Assembly: GCA_002104905.1 (NCBI GenBank)
Contig: MCFE01000076.1
Coordinates: forward strand, 62,001-126,000
Source: Basidiobolus meristosporus CBS 931.73
Taxonomy: Eukaryota; Fungi; Basidiobolomycota
Direction: 5' to 3'
Length of the DNA: 64,000 nt
Below the pieces are notes generated by a model. The model was not told the origin of the DNA, ran no database searches, and saw only the letters and a list, made by a program, of their open reading frames with translations. Made by a program: the position numbers and the translations under genes. Below, piece by piece: positions 24,520 to 37,146 of this stretch. How positions within the stretch are numbered: position 1 is the first letter of the stretch; each line of letters opens with the position of its first letter.

Positions 24520-25271
24520 GAGAAGAGGATGCAATTGCATTGAATAGCTATAATTTGTCATTATCTAAATGACGCATTTTTTTTGCAACTTGCATCAAGC
24601 CATTGCTAGTCAGTGATCACTGAATTTTTGAAATAAGCAAAATCAAGGTTGTCTCACACTTGAGACAGGACCCCTATAAATAAATGCCCTTCATATGATT
24701 CATCATCTGTGGCACCAGTGCAGCTATTTGATCTGATTTGCACCTATAAAATTGGTTGCATGCTAGCTATGGCACTTTGTCCAATCACTAGGATCAGGGG
24801 CTTACTTGCTTAAAGGGCAAAATGGGATATTTAATGGCAAATTAGGTAGATTGTGTAATGGTCACAGAGCCTATTGGTTGCTGAGAACTTTGGGATAATA
24901 TTGGACTAATTAACCACTGCAATACCATCCAATTGGAGTGATGGTAACCAAAATGGTAAGTATCAGTCTACTCTATAGTGTGATATGCATTTATTTCCAT
25001 TTACATTGAAGAAACATATCCAAATACCAGATTTTACCCACCATAAATGTGGTATCTGATTGCACATGTGTTGCAAACATTACCAGTTGGTGCAATCATT
25101 TGTGCGAATCTCATTGTGTCAGATTGTGCCATAGTGAGCAAGATTGTCCCACATGGTGCAAAATGGTCCAAGAGCAATCCTGCCTACTGGTAGCTACCAT
25201 ATTGCTCCTGGTTGTTCTTAGAGACCGCAGATCACATCACAGGCCCTGGCACAGTATGGTGGAACAAGTCT

Positions 25272-25600
25272 ATTAAATACTGTCAAGTTTCTTGCCATAT
25301 TAGGCAGTTAGATGTCCTGGCCAGTTGGATCCATTGAAAATAGTTGTAAAGTGCTATAAGACCACAACAATACCCTGCAATTATTGTCACAGCACCAATC
25401 AAATCTTGTCAAGTCTGATCACTTTATTTGTTAGTAAGATTAGCAAAATACCATTGTGATTCCATCATATGATTGTCAACAGGGTCACTAATTCCAAGCT
25501 GCTGGTAATATGATGCTCTCACAACAGGATCCCAATAGCTGATTGGGACTGGATCTGCCCGCAGGACCAAATTATTTTTCATAGGGGCTTCTAACTCAAC
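25272..25600 (+). repeat. 3' region of the CACTA element (segment F)
   Basis: Matches 40300-40560 and, inverted, 41990-42250, which lie downstream of the CACTA ORF copies. Confidence 0.65.
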
Positions 25601-25649
25601 TAGTAGTTTGCAGACTTGTCCACATAATAGATTAAATGGCAATAGTCCA

Positions 25650-26760
25650 GTAGTTCTTTGACTGTATTTCTATTTGGCCAAAGTGTAAGATGTAATTGTT
25701 ATGTCCATGGTAAAGTGTTATTCTAGCAGCACTTGACTAGGGAAATCACCAGTGGTCCATATACTCTTTCTACCATTCCATTGGCCTCATGATGGTAAGT
25801 TGCAGTAAAACCAATGTGTATCTTGTACCTTGAGCACAACTCTTGATTCATCTTGGATGTAATCTCTCCTCTGTTGGCAACAGACTACCAGATGCAGCCA
25901 AATTTACAGATAATGTCTTAAGGTATAAATCTGTATATGGTATGTCTCTTGTTGTTGGGCAAGGGCTGAACTTCTGCCTACCCACTGAAGTCATCTCTAG
26001 CAACAATCAGGTACTTCTTTAATCAAGCTGTTAACATGTGAGCTAGGTCAATGCCAAGCTTTTGCCATAGGCAGATTGTGTAAGTGAGATGCAGTGGCCC
26101 TTCATAGTGCTTGGAGGATCTCCTCTGACAGACTACACATGATTTATCCAAGTGCTGAATACCATAGTATATGTATTCTCAGTAATACCTTTAAGCTGTG
26201 GTATTGTAGGTAGGTTCTTAACCTCTATGTCTCCCTGGCTCTCCTTTGTGATTGTTTCTCATAATATTCAGCCATTCCTGTGGAGTAGTCACATCTCTTC
26301 TTAGTGTAGGTCCTGGCATCACTTGTGTAAAAAGGGGGTCCCCCTTGAGATAGTAGTGGTGTGCCTTCTTTCTGAGGTTTCTGAGCTCATGAAGTTCCAC
26401 TTGGCTAGGCTTCTTGACTGCTCTTAAAAAGTGGATACTCCAGGTAGTTTTCTCTTGGTCTTTGATTGCAGTCTGCTGTATCTCTGCATCAATCACATTG
26501 TCAACAACGGTATCCAAGTCCTTATAACTGTGGTCCCTTCCTGGACAGTGCATCAGCCAAAGCATTTGTCTTGCCAGGGTTATTTCTGACCTCAAGGTCA
26601 AGCAACTTCAACCATGCCATTCATTGGTCAGTGGCATCATCCCATAAGTTAGGCATATTGATCATTCCTATAAGTGGCTTGGCATCTGCCTACAGGACAA
26701 AATGTGTCATGTAGAGCTGCAACTTCAGCTTCCTTGGAATCTTCACAACTCTAAGCAGTT
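25650..26760 (-). mobile_element. Ty3/Gypsy pol remnant (RNase H end - integrase), a different family from 1-1642
   Basis: NPGKTNALADALSR, H...GHRG, WQKLGIDLAHM, YLIVARDDFSG, YHHEANGMVER on minus. Confidence 0.85.
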
Positions 26761-26789
26761 CTCACTTAATCTGTGAGTGCCTTTGCTTT

Positions 26790-27153
26790 CTGGGAGCCAA
26801 AAGGCAGTTGTAGAGGAATAGGGAGCGTAGCTAGTATTGTATTCACTAAAACTTGAACTGATCTTTATTGAGATTCCATCAGCTCCTTATATACATTTTG
26901 CCTGATCAATTGATGACTAGTTGTATTTCCTAATGTAGGCTGTGGCTGATGACTCATTTGATTGCATCATCATCACCCAATAAGGTCCTACTCAATATAC
27001 CTATTTCTGTCTAACAACAATCTGCTGATTTATTTGCTGACAAATGCTACTGACTTGATAGATGATACTGATATACTGATAGGCTAAGAATAAAACTAAT
27101 TGATTTGGCTAAAAACTGATCTAACTTAAACATTCAACCAGTAAATCATATCA
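26790..27153 (-). repeat. LTR family J copy
   Basis: Reverse complement begins TGATATGATTTACTGGTTGAATGTTTAAGTTAGATCAG and follows 1615-1960; far end eroded. Confidence 0.8.
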
Positions 27154-27209
27154 CTTGCATAGTGTACCATACTAACAAGGCAGCCAAAATATCACCTATT
27201 GCTGGCAAC

Positions 27210-27572
27210 TGTCGCAATTTAAAAAGTGATGTGAATATAAGGAACCTATCAAGAAATAGTGATCATAGTTGAAATGTTGATTATTCATAAGGAAGCTCAG
27301 TAATTATACCATTGTAGAAGTAATACAAATGTAAAACTAAGTAAGGAGAGTATGTCAACACTCAAGAGTATTCTGTAACAGTTTCAGGGTTAGTACATTA
27401 GTAAAAGTGCTAATTTGATCTTGACTCTAGGGGAATAATCATAGAATCATGGATCTGCAGAATGTGGCAAAGTTAAGGCTGTAGGTTAGCTGTGCAGTGA
27501 TCAAGACTAGTTCAGAACTGTTAAGAAAGTTTTTAGCTGCTGAATGATACCAAATAGTTCAATATTTCAACA
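27210..27572 (-). repeat. LTR family E copy, flanks not matching
   Basis: TGTCG...CAACA, homologous to 16189-16557; flanks GCAAC and TTATC. Confidence 0.85.
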
Positions 27573-28900
27573 TTATCACTCCAATTGGATGGTATGTAAG
27601 TAGCTGATTGATCTAAAGGTAATTGAAGGCTCCCATCAAGCTCATTGGCCATTAAACAAGCTACCTGATTTGTCATCAAATACTCTATTTTGCATTTTGA
27701 GTATCTAAATACTTGATATTAGTGATTAGACAAGGTTACATAGCTAACATGCAACCACTTTGGTAGTTGCAAATCAAAGCAAATAGCTAAGTTGGTATTA
27801 CAGACAGTGTTTAGTATGCATGGTTTTATTCATTGGGGTTCTGACTTAAATGCACAACAGCTTTGATAAAGTTTATGTCAAAGAGTTATAATTGGTGTAC
27901 AATAATTTGCAACAAAATGTGTTGATTAGATTGTGATAATTGATAACAATTCCATGCAATTGTATCATATAATCCTAGTTTTCTCTTGCAGCTTTACTGA
28001 AGTACTACTACCAAAGCATTTGGTAGTGATTTGCTTTGCTCACCAAAATTACATCCTTGTCAACTAACATCTAGGCCACTGGTGTGCTTGTAGCCAGTAT
28101 TGTGCCTCCTGGTTGATTAGTTCTGCAATGTAGCTAGGTCATGCTGAATCCTTCTAGAGGATGTTATAACACTATCCTTAGGTGCCACATACTGGTTCAT
28201 TATTTGCTTGCTAAAAGCTCCTTTGCTAGAGGTACTCTAAGTGGGCCATTGCCAGTCAGTTATCTAGAAGTAACCTGCCAATGGTCAGGGGTAATGGCAA
28301 GCACCGGCCAATATCATGGGCTGATATATCCTTTAGCCAAGTCAAATGTGATACTATCTGTGAGCATAACTTGACCCACTCTGGTGGACTTGCATCTAAT
28401 TGAGCAGCTTGGTAACCACTGTTAGCTTTGCTTTAAGCTGCTTACATGGACACCACACATATTGATTTAGTATGTGTTGCTCTGGTAAGGAATATTGATG
28501 TAGACTGGACTGAAGAATGCTGGTGTGCTGGTGCTGCAAGGCCTTGTAGGGAATCCAGCAGGGTATACTGTTCTGATCTCAGCACAGATGCCTGTAGCCA
28601 GTTTTCTTCCTCTTGAGACTCACCTTCTGATTCTGCAAAGTATTCACTCACCCTATGTCTCTTACTTTAAAGTTGTAGCCTTGCTGAGACCTGTGTGTAT
28701 TGTTCTCAGAGTCCACTTAGCTATAATACAATATCAATCAATACACTGGTCATTTGAGGCAAAAACTGATTAAAAATCTCCTTAATTCTCAAAGTTCAGG
28801 GTGTAGGGATGCATTGGTATATAGTGTAGAAACTTAAAGTGGAATTGTTTGCATAAAAGTGCCTCATCATATCCCCTAACTCTCAGCTCATTCTTGATTT
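27573..28900 (-). mobile_element. Old truncated element D copy 4 (ORF2 region and right subterminal DNA)
   Basis: Patchy identity to 16930-18640. Confidence 0.7.
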
Positions 28901-29319
28901 AATACTGTGAGTACTAAATGTAGTACCCACTCTTTGCCCAAGAGTTCTCCCCAGAGTCCTACCCAAAGTCCCCCAGTATTGCCCCTATAATTCCCCCACA
29001 TGTCCTCCCTCCTATTCCTGCCCTTATCTGGTTAGAACACTTACCATAACAGGAAGGTACTCACACCCTGATTTCTAAAACATTTTTATTATCTAAGCCC
29101 CTCCAAGTGTTTCATATATATCCAATTGAACCAAGTGAGAAGACAACAAGATTTGGAGAGAACAAGCACATGTCTTTATTACCTTACTAATTTCTATTGG
29201 AAGCTATTCTGAACCAAGTGGTACTGACTTGTCCTACAAGCTCTCCCACTCACCAGGTACAGTCAGTAATAACCCACATATTTGGTGCCTTCTGTGTGAA
29301 ACTATGCACAAGTAAGGTT

Positions 29320-29780
29320 ATGACTACTACAATCAAACTAAAAATGTACAATGGAAAGAGAGAGAAAGCCCTTGAGTGGTTTGATAAGTCTGGGAGAGTT
29401 GTGGTTGATGCAATATAGGACAGTGATGAGAAAGTAAGGGAGTTTGCACAAAATATGAAAGGGTCAGCATAGCAATAGCATTATGGGTTGGAAGACACAG
29501 TTAAAGACAACTGTGATGCACTAGAAGAAGCCTATAAGACATGCTTTCTATATACCAAAGGATACCACTACAAAGCCCTTCTACCATCCTCACTGAAGAG
29601 AAGCAGTGAGAGCTATGAAGCTTATACTGAACTGTTTCTCCAACAAGTTTTATGTCTCCCAAAGGACAAAATTGCCAAACAACAGCTCATGAGGTATTAC
29701 ATCATGTGCTTAGACAACAAAGTAAGATGTAGGGCATCTGAAGACTACAGGAATGTAAAATGTTGCAAGAGTAGGTGAAA
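29320..29780 (+). mobile_element. Ty3/Gypsy gag (Retrotrans_gag-like) remnant
   Basis: YNGKREKALEWFDK...DEKVREFAQNMKGSA...ALEEAYKTCF...SESYEAY...LMRYYIMCL pattern. Confidence 0.7.
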
Positions 29781-29869
29781 CATGTACAAGGGGTCATCAT
29801 TGCTATGGGTGCTACTATATAGTGATACAAGTAATCAAAGGACAAGGATCCCCCATAAAAAAGCAACAA

Positions 29870-32800
29870 TTGCCCCCATATTCAAATTTGTCTCCAGCTA
29901 ATGGTTTGGTAAATATGTCTGCAATCATTGCATCTGTAGGACAGTAAACTTAGTCAACTAACTTATCTTCTCTAGCTTCATGTATGATACAATATCTAAT
30001 ATTAATGTTCCTAGTACCAGTATGTAGAACTGGTATTCTACCTAATGGTATATATCCTTAACTATCTTGATACATAGTAGTAGCCTTTTTTTGACAGAAG
30101 CCTAAATTGTTAAAAAGCATTCTTAACTACCTTGGTTCTTTTAGCTGTATGGGCTGCCATCTACTCTACCTTTATGGCGGAAAGTACTAAACTTGGTTGC
30201 TTTCTGGAATTCCATGCTCCTTTACAGTAAAGAAAGGCGTATCCAGTAGTGCATCTCCTGTCTTCTAAATTTCATCTCCAATCAGCATCAGAGTATCCCA
30301 CAAGATCTTGTTCTGAGTCCTTCTAGGTGTAACTTAGGCAGATATTAGCAGTTCCTGTTAGGTATCTAAAGATTTGCTCAACTGCTGCAATATGATCAGA
30401 TCAATATTTTTGATATGCTGGCTGACAACTCCCACTGATTATGAGATGTCCAGATGTGTTCCAAGCATGATATACATCAGACTGCCACCCATAGATTGAT
30501 AAGAAAAGCCTGGGCTTTCACATGGCACCAAGCTATCTTGTTTTGGTGGAGTTTTGGTCAAAGTTAAATATGTCTTCATTGGGGTAGCTGCCACTTTACA
30601 GCTTTCTGTATGTTACTGCTTTAGTATATCTTGAGTATACTTGGACTGGCTTAGGGTGATAGACTGGGTATTTCTGTCTTTGGGGAGCATTATCCCTTAA
30701 TAGCAACTGAGTTCCCCTATATTAGACATGTTAAGCTACTTATATAGGCTTGATCTAGTCTCTTCCAAGGTATCTTAATTATTGGTGGCTAAAATATGAT
30801 CATCCACATATAGAGCTTATAGAGCTGGATTGGCTCTATCTGGCTTACAGCAGATACTAGAGTCAACAGTACTCCTTTGGAGACTCAATGATTGCAAATA
30901 AAATCTATTTTGCAATTCCATGCTCTTGGTTATTGTTTCAGAAAATAGGATTTTTTGAAGCTTGCAAAGCATATCATGATCATCTTGGTCAGCCAACCCA
31001 TCAGGCTGGTCCATGTACATGCTGTCATCAAGGCCTTCATTCACAAATGTAGCTTTTACATCCACTTGATGAGCAAAAAACCTATATTTGGCTGCAATAG
31101 CCAATATTAATCTGCAGGAATTGAACTTGGCTACCAGTGCAATGGTCTTTGTGTAGTCAAACCCTTTTGTTTGAGAGTTTCCTTTGGGCACAAGTCTTGT
31201 TTTGTATCCTTCAACTATACCATTAGCCTTGAATTTTCTCTTGAAGACCTTTCTGCATCCAACTGACTTCTGGATGAGTAATACTTAACCTAGCCCTAAG
31301 TTTGATTTTCCATCAGGGTTTTGTAATCCTCAGTCATAACTGATAGCTAAAACTTTGTCTGCAGGCTACTTAAAGCCTATTTTGTAGAGTGGGGCTCATC
31401 AATATGGACTGAATAGGCATAGGCCAAGTTTGTACCCTTATTGATATAGTAACATGAGCTACTTCTGGACTAGTTGGCTGTCCTCCCTTGCAATACTGGA
31501 TTGATTACTTTCAGGATCTTCCAGGTGCTGCTTCATGCTGCATTACAATTCTAGAGTTCTCTGGAGTGAAAAAATGTTCATTGTCTTGATCTGATTCAAA
31601 CCTGCATAATTGTAGATACAATATCAGATATTTGCCATTATCTGATGTCAATTTTGGTGAAAATCCAAGTTATAAGCATTGAACACATCCCAGGACATGA
31701 TCATCTTTTTTTCTTGGGCATTGTATAGTGTTTATTCATTAGTCTCATTGCAGTAGCCCAAAAATATGCATGTTACACTTCCTGGCTTAACTATTGATGG
31801 ATTTTTGGCCAGTTTCTTAACATAAATTGTGCACCCAATTCTTTTCAGATGTTCTGCACTTGATTTGTATCCATGCCTTGCCTCAAGTGGAGTAGAACTA
31901 CAGAGAATTCCACTCTAACTCCTATTTTTGAGATATACAGCTGTAGTAACTATTACACCTGGAAATCATGTGATAATTTTAATGTGAATTATAGATCTTG
32001 CTATAAGAATTATTGATTTGTTTGCAAGTTCTGCCACTCCATTGAGCTATTGGAAGTATAGTACAGTGCTCGCTTGCTTTATCCTATGAGCTTTGCAGCA
32101 GTAGATGAAGAGTTTTGTATTAAAAGTCTTGAATATCCAAAGTAATTGAGAGAACAAGTAGATTATATAGGTTTTCACATAATGTTTTACTTAATATAAA
32201 AGTAGTATTTATACCTTTATATGATCTTGGCATAAAAAACACATAAAATAGCTTTAGGAAGGTCCCAAGAACATGTGCGCAGAGTATGGGGCTATTTGGA
32301 CAACTTTGAGAATTTTAATGCACTGAGTACATGAGATTTTGGTTAATATATTCAAATAAATCCCAACAAAGAATTTGGTCAGTATTCTCTGAGACTTGTA
32401 GGTATTAATATAAGTAACTAAGTAAGGTGAATATTGAGGTGGAACTAGAAACTTACACAACAGGCTTTGAGGTATTCTCTCCACCATTGTTAAAGTTTAT
32501 TTTCTTGATTTTGCATTGGTTTCTCTCTCCACCATGGCTTTAAGTTCCATGGATCTGGAAAAGCTTCTTCCTTTCATTCCATGAAACTGACCCTCATGTA
32601 GTGTATATGATCATTGCTAATAGTGATCAAATACCTCACCCCACAAGGATATATTTTGCTTAGGTCCATGCAGATCTGAGTGAATGAAATCTAGTTTTTT
32701 CTTAGTTTTGGTTAACTCAGATCTCTTGCACAGTAGTCTGACCTCCTTCCCACATATTCAGGCTTCACAGTGCTTGAGATTTGCTGAGGGATTAATGATA

Positions 32801-33140
32801 CTCCAGAAATCAACTGATTGTTGATCATTTTGTGCAAAAAATCAAAATTGATGCACCCACATCTGTGTTTATCTCATGACATCCTCAACCTTTCATAATC
32901 TGGCCAAATCAGATTGATGAAGAAATCCTGGTTCCATCTAGACAGTTCCACTACATTCAAGCAACCTCTTGGAAGCTCCAAGTCAATGTTACCCAATGGA
33001 ATACTCTATGTAAGCCTCCAATCAACATTTATGTAGCACAAACCATATATTGAAGCTGCATGTTATGTGACCTAGGCACCTGATCAGCTGACCCTTAAAA
33101 TATGCTGATGTGATTTTCTAGTCTGTTCTCAATATATTTC
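29870..33140 (-). mobile_element. Degenerate Ty1/Copia pol (protease - integrase - RT - RNase H)
   Basis: DSGA..H-like protease, FIHSDLHGP integrase, KGFDYTKTIALVAKFNS, HQVDVKATFVNE, GYSDADW, MIADIFTKPL. Confidence 0.9.
32116..32462 (-). repeat. Solo LTR, family H, inserted in the Copia integrase
   Basis: Homologous to 50723-51060; flanks AGTTT/GGCTT are reconcilable by two transitions. Confidence 0.8.
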
Positions 33141-33148
33141 TATCTTGG

Positions 33149-34097
33149 TGTTGTGCATCAACATTCAAGACTTAGCCAATTTCACTCCATTAGAAAATCT
33201 AGTACCCTAACTGATTTTCCCTAGCCCAAACATAACTAATCTCAGTTATGGTTTATTTTATCACTTCTCAAAATCTATTTTTAGCTGTCACACCTGATCA
33301 TTTTCAGGTGGTGATTACATCCTCAACTGATCTGCAAAGCCTTTCCAAGTGATTAGTCATCTGAGTTCTTTCCAATCACTTGACAGTTGCCAAGACATCA
33401 GCAGATTAATGATGCAATTTCCCACTTATCTTGTGCACATATGAATATCCCAACAAATTCCCATTAGTCCAGTATCTTGGTGCTTACTAATTCAGCTTGA
33501 TCAGAAAAGTATAGATTAAGTTTACTGAGCCTTTTGGTCTAGGGTGTGTCTCAACAAAATTAAGATTGCCCCTTAGCAAAATTAAGAATTCAGCAATTCT
33601 GTTTTAGTTTCCACCCAAGCCTAGCATATCTAGCATTCCCAAGAATACCAAGCCTAGCCTGTATAGCAAACCAACTCTGTTGCATTTATAGCCTAACTCC
33701 ACTATATACAAAAACAATATTAGACCAGAACTTCTCTGCTAATATTTCTGTCACCCATGACAATTCTAAGATTCTGTGGTTAGTTGTCTAAGTGTGTTTC
33801 TCAACAAAATCCCAATTATGGCTTAGCAAAATTAAGAACTCAACAATTACATTTTAGTTTCTACCAAACCCTAGGATATCTAGCACTCCCAAGAACACCA
33901 AGTCTAGTCTGCACAGCAAACCAACCCTGTTGCCTTTATAGCCAAACCCAGCTATACACAAGATCAATATTAGGCCAGAAGCTCTCTGCCAATATTTCCA
34001 TTACTCTCAGACAAATCTAACATTCTGCACTTAGTTGTTGCTTAGGTTCAGCTTAACCATTTAAGAGCTTTATTGCACTTTTCTCTTGGATGCAACA
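33149..34097. repeat. Solo LTR, family I (949 bp, internal ~255-bp duplication)
   Basis: TGTTG...CAACA with a perfect TSD CTTGG; homologous to 39600-40297. Confidence 0.88.
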
Positions 34098-34509
34098 CTT
34101 GGCACACTTATTATGCCTCACCACAGAACCCTATAAGTATTAGTCAATATCACTTGACATTCATATTGCTAAAAAGTACAGGTATCCCTATCCCCTCTTA
34201 TGTATTCCACAGTGTGATAAAAGTAGATCTTGAACAAACATCCATGCCTTAGAATCTGCCTTGACCTGTTGATCCACACCTGTGTCCTTTCCTGGTCCTG
34301 ACTTGCCAAGTTCTACTCTCCCATCTTTTGTCTATTCATGATAGCTTTATCAGACTGCTCCTGACTTACCTGTGGATCTCTGCCTTCTACCCAAAGATCT
34401 GGAGAGCAACTTTCAAAGGAATACCTACCATTAGTGTCACCCAGAATCATTCCATAGTCTTGTCCTCCAACCGCAAAAATAGCTTATTGTTGTAAATTTT
34501 ATTGGCCAA

Positions 34510-34690
34510 AGCTGCATTTACTTTATTACCCTGCTGGTGTAGCTTACAGTTGTTATATTATTGTAGGCTATAGAACAGTACTCTATCAAAGGATGTTAAA
34601 GCCAGTACCTTCTGAAGTAATGCTAACTTATTCAAAGCTGGGTATTGTGGCTCAATAATTGTATTCTTAACAAATTAGTAGCGTTATATG
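34510..34690 (+). repeat. Internal fragment of LTR family B
   Basis: Matches 36830-36990 (CCCTGCTGGTG, TTACAGTTGT, TCAAAGGATG). Confidence 0.6.
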
Positions 34691-34804
34691 TCACATAATA
34701 GACTTGTTCTGTTGGATAGTGCCACATTGAGCCATACAATTGGTAATTGAGGTTGAATAAAGTTTCAACAGAAATAAATCAATAGACTTGTTCCATTGGA
34801 TAGT

Positions 34805-35538
34805 AGACTTGTTCCGTTGGATAGTGCCACATTGAGCCATGAGTGCCAAATGATGCCATAGTGTGCCAGAGAGGCCATGTGAGCCTCTACCTGGCCACAG
34901 AGTGTGAAACATAGCTCCGCATCTTCATGCAAAGCAGCCCCTGTGTTTCACCCATTGTGCTGGAGAAAATCCATTTTTTGACCTTTTTTTTTGGATCAAT
35001 TTTGTGCAGGATGTGTTAGAGCACAAGCAGATTGAAGATATGCATCTGGTACTCAATACCCATGGCACTCTGAATCTAGCTCCTGTAGCTTGCATCATGT
35101 CACAAAAATGAATGGCACTATCTTGGTCCACTGGTACTATCTGGCACTATAAGTGCTTTGTATAGATCTTACTTTAGGGCTAATATTTAAATATAGTGCC
35201 AGATAGTACCAGTGGACCAAGATAGTGCCATTCATTTTTGTGACATGATGCAAGCTACAGGAGCTAGATTCAGAGTGCCATGGGCATTGAGTACCAGATG
35301 CATATCTTCAGTTCTCCTGTGCTCTTACACATCCTGAGCTACATTGATCCACAAAAAAAGGTCAAAAAATGGATTTTCTCCTGCGCAACGGGTGAAACAC
35401 AGGGGCTGCTTTGCATGAAGATGCGGAGCTATGTTTCACACTCTGTGGCCAGGTAGAGGCTCACTTTACCTCTCTGGCACACTATGGCATCATTTGGCAC
35501 TCATGGCTCAATGTGGCACTATCCAATGGAACAAGTCT
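34805..35538. mobile_element. Fold-back element C2, intact (734 bp: 346-bp arms, 42-bp loop)
   Basis: 34805-35150 is the reverse complement of 35193-35538; AGT on both flanks. Confidence 0.93.
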
Positions 35539-36075
35539 AGTGTCACATTAAGCCATGAGTGCCAAATGATGCCATAGTGTGCCAGGGAGGCATAGCAGAC
35601 CTAAAATTGGCCACAGAGTGTGAAATATTACTCTTCATTTTCATGCAAAGCAGCCCCTGTGTTTCACCCATTGCACTGGAGAAACCTTTTTTTTTGGATC
35701 AATACTGTGCAGGATATGTAAGAGCACAGAAAGACCAAAGACATGCATCTGGTACTCAATACCCATGACACTCTGAATCAGGCTCCTGTAGCTAGTATCA
35801 TGTCACAAAAATGAATGGCACTATCTTGATCCACTGGTGCTATCTTGCACTATACTTAAATATTAGCCCTAAAGTAAGACCTACACAAAGCATTTATAGG
35901 GCCAGATAGTACCATTGGACCAAGATAATACCATTCATTTTTGTGACATGATACTAGCTACAGGAGCCTGATTCAGAGTGCCATTGGTATTGAGTATCAG
36001 ATGCATGTCTTTGGTCCTTCTGTGCCCTTACACATCCTGCACAACATTGTTCCAAAAAAAAGGTTTCTCCAGCCC

Positions 36076-37146
36076 TGTAGTGGGGTGACAGTGACACCCA
36101 CTGACAGATGTGCTCATTCCCTTATTTTCTACTTCCCTATATCTCTACTACACTTATTTTAGTTTTATCCCATTTGTCTTACCCAATCAGTACTATCCCA
36201 TAAGCCGGTTGACTATTATACCTGCTTACCTTATTTCATAAGTTACCCCTTACTTTATGTAAGATTACCAACTATAAGTGCTTTGATATTAGGCAAGTAC
36301 CTGTGCCAATACCCGTGACACTTGATCAACCCGTGTCACCATACCTACCATTTCCATACCATATATGGTATCCCTATGTTGCACAGGTTTCAGAATACTG
36401 ATTCCTGATTGGTTGGAAGTGCTGTGCCTCTTAGAACCTTCCGGCACCTACTTAGAACATTCTTAGGTCATTCTGATGTCATTAAGATTTCTATTGATAT
36501 CCAGAAACTTCTGGAACACCATGATTAGTAATCACTTAGCCACTAAGAAAAGTATATAAGGGAGGTTATCCCTCAACAATAAATCATCATCCCTTTTATC
36601 AATATACCAACTTGTTGATTAGTGTGATCACTGCTACCTGCTGCTACCTGAGCTTCCAACCCCAGACCACAGGACACTCCCAGGAAACCACACTGACAGC
36701 CAACTGACCTTGGAGGCACTGCTTGTGAGTAATACTCAGAGTAGGTATCTTTTATTATATTTGATTCTTTCCCAAGTTTGTTCTTGTACAGGCAAAGATA
36801 CTTTTCTGTCTTTGTAACTATTGACCACAGCTGCATTCTTATCAAGTCCCTGCTGGTGGAGTTTACAGTTGTCTTGACTTTGGAAGCTTTAGTACATTGT
36901 CATCTCAAAGGATGCTGAACCCAGCACATACTTTTGTTAAGACACCAACTAAGTAGGGGATTGTAGCTCAATAGTTTTCCCTTGAAAAGCTTGTGGCTTT
37001 ATTCCCCTTCACATCAGATTAGAGACAGAACCCAAGTATTCCTAGCAAGCTTTTGCCAGAGGTTATTGCACCCAGTGAACACCCCACACACAAAACACTT
37101 GAGAAGTGTTGGACGTATCTCTCCCTTGGACCTATACACCACCACA
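36076..37146 (+). repeat. Solo LTR, family B (1,071 bp)
   Basis: TGTAGTGG...CCACCACA; full-length match to 43469-44540; flanks GCCC/GTGC. Confidence 0.88.

Larger units (their letters stand above)
21877..25271. mobile_element. Element D copy 2, apparently full length (3,395 bp)
   Basis: Terminal AGACTTGTTC...GAACAAGTCT; transposase on minus (22050-22932) and ORF2 on plus (about 23250-24519), divergently arranged. Confidence 0.92.

Noticed and set aside
28900-29200. C-rich segment upstream of the gag remnant as an LTR/PBS
   Set aside because: No second copy, TSD or recognisable primer-binding site in the window.
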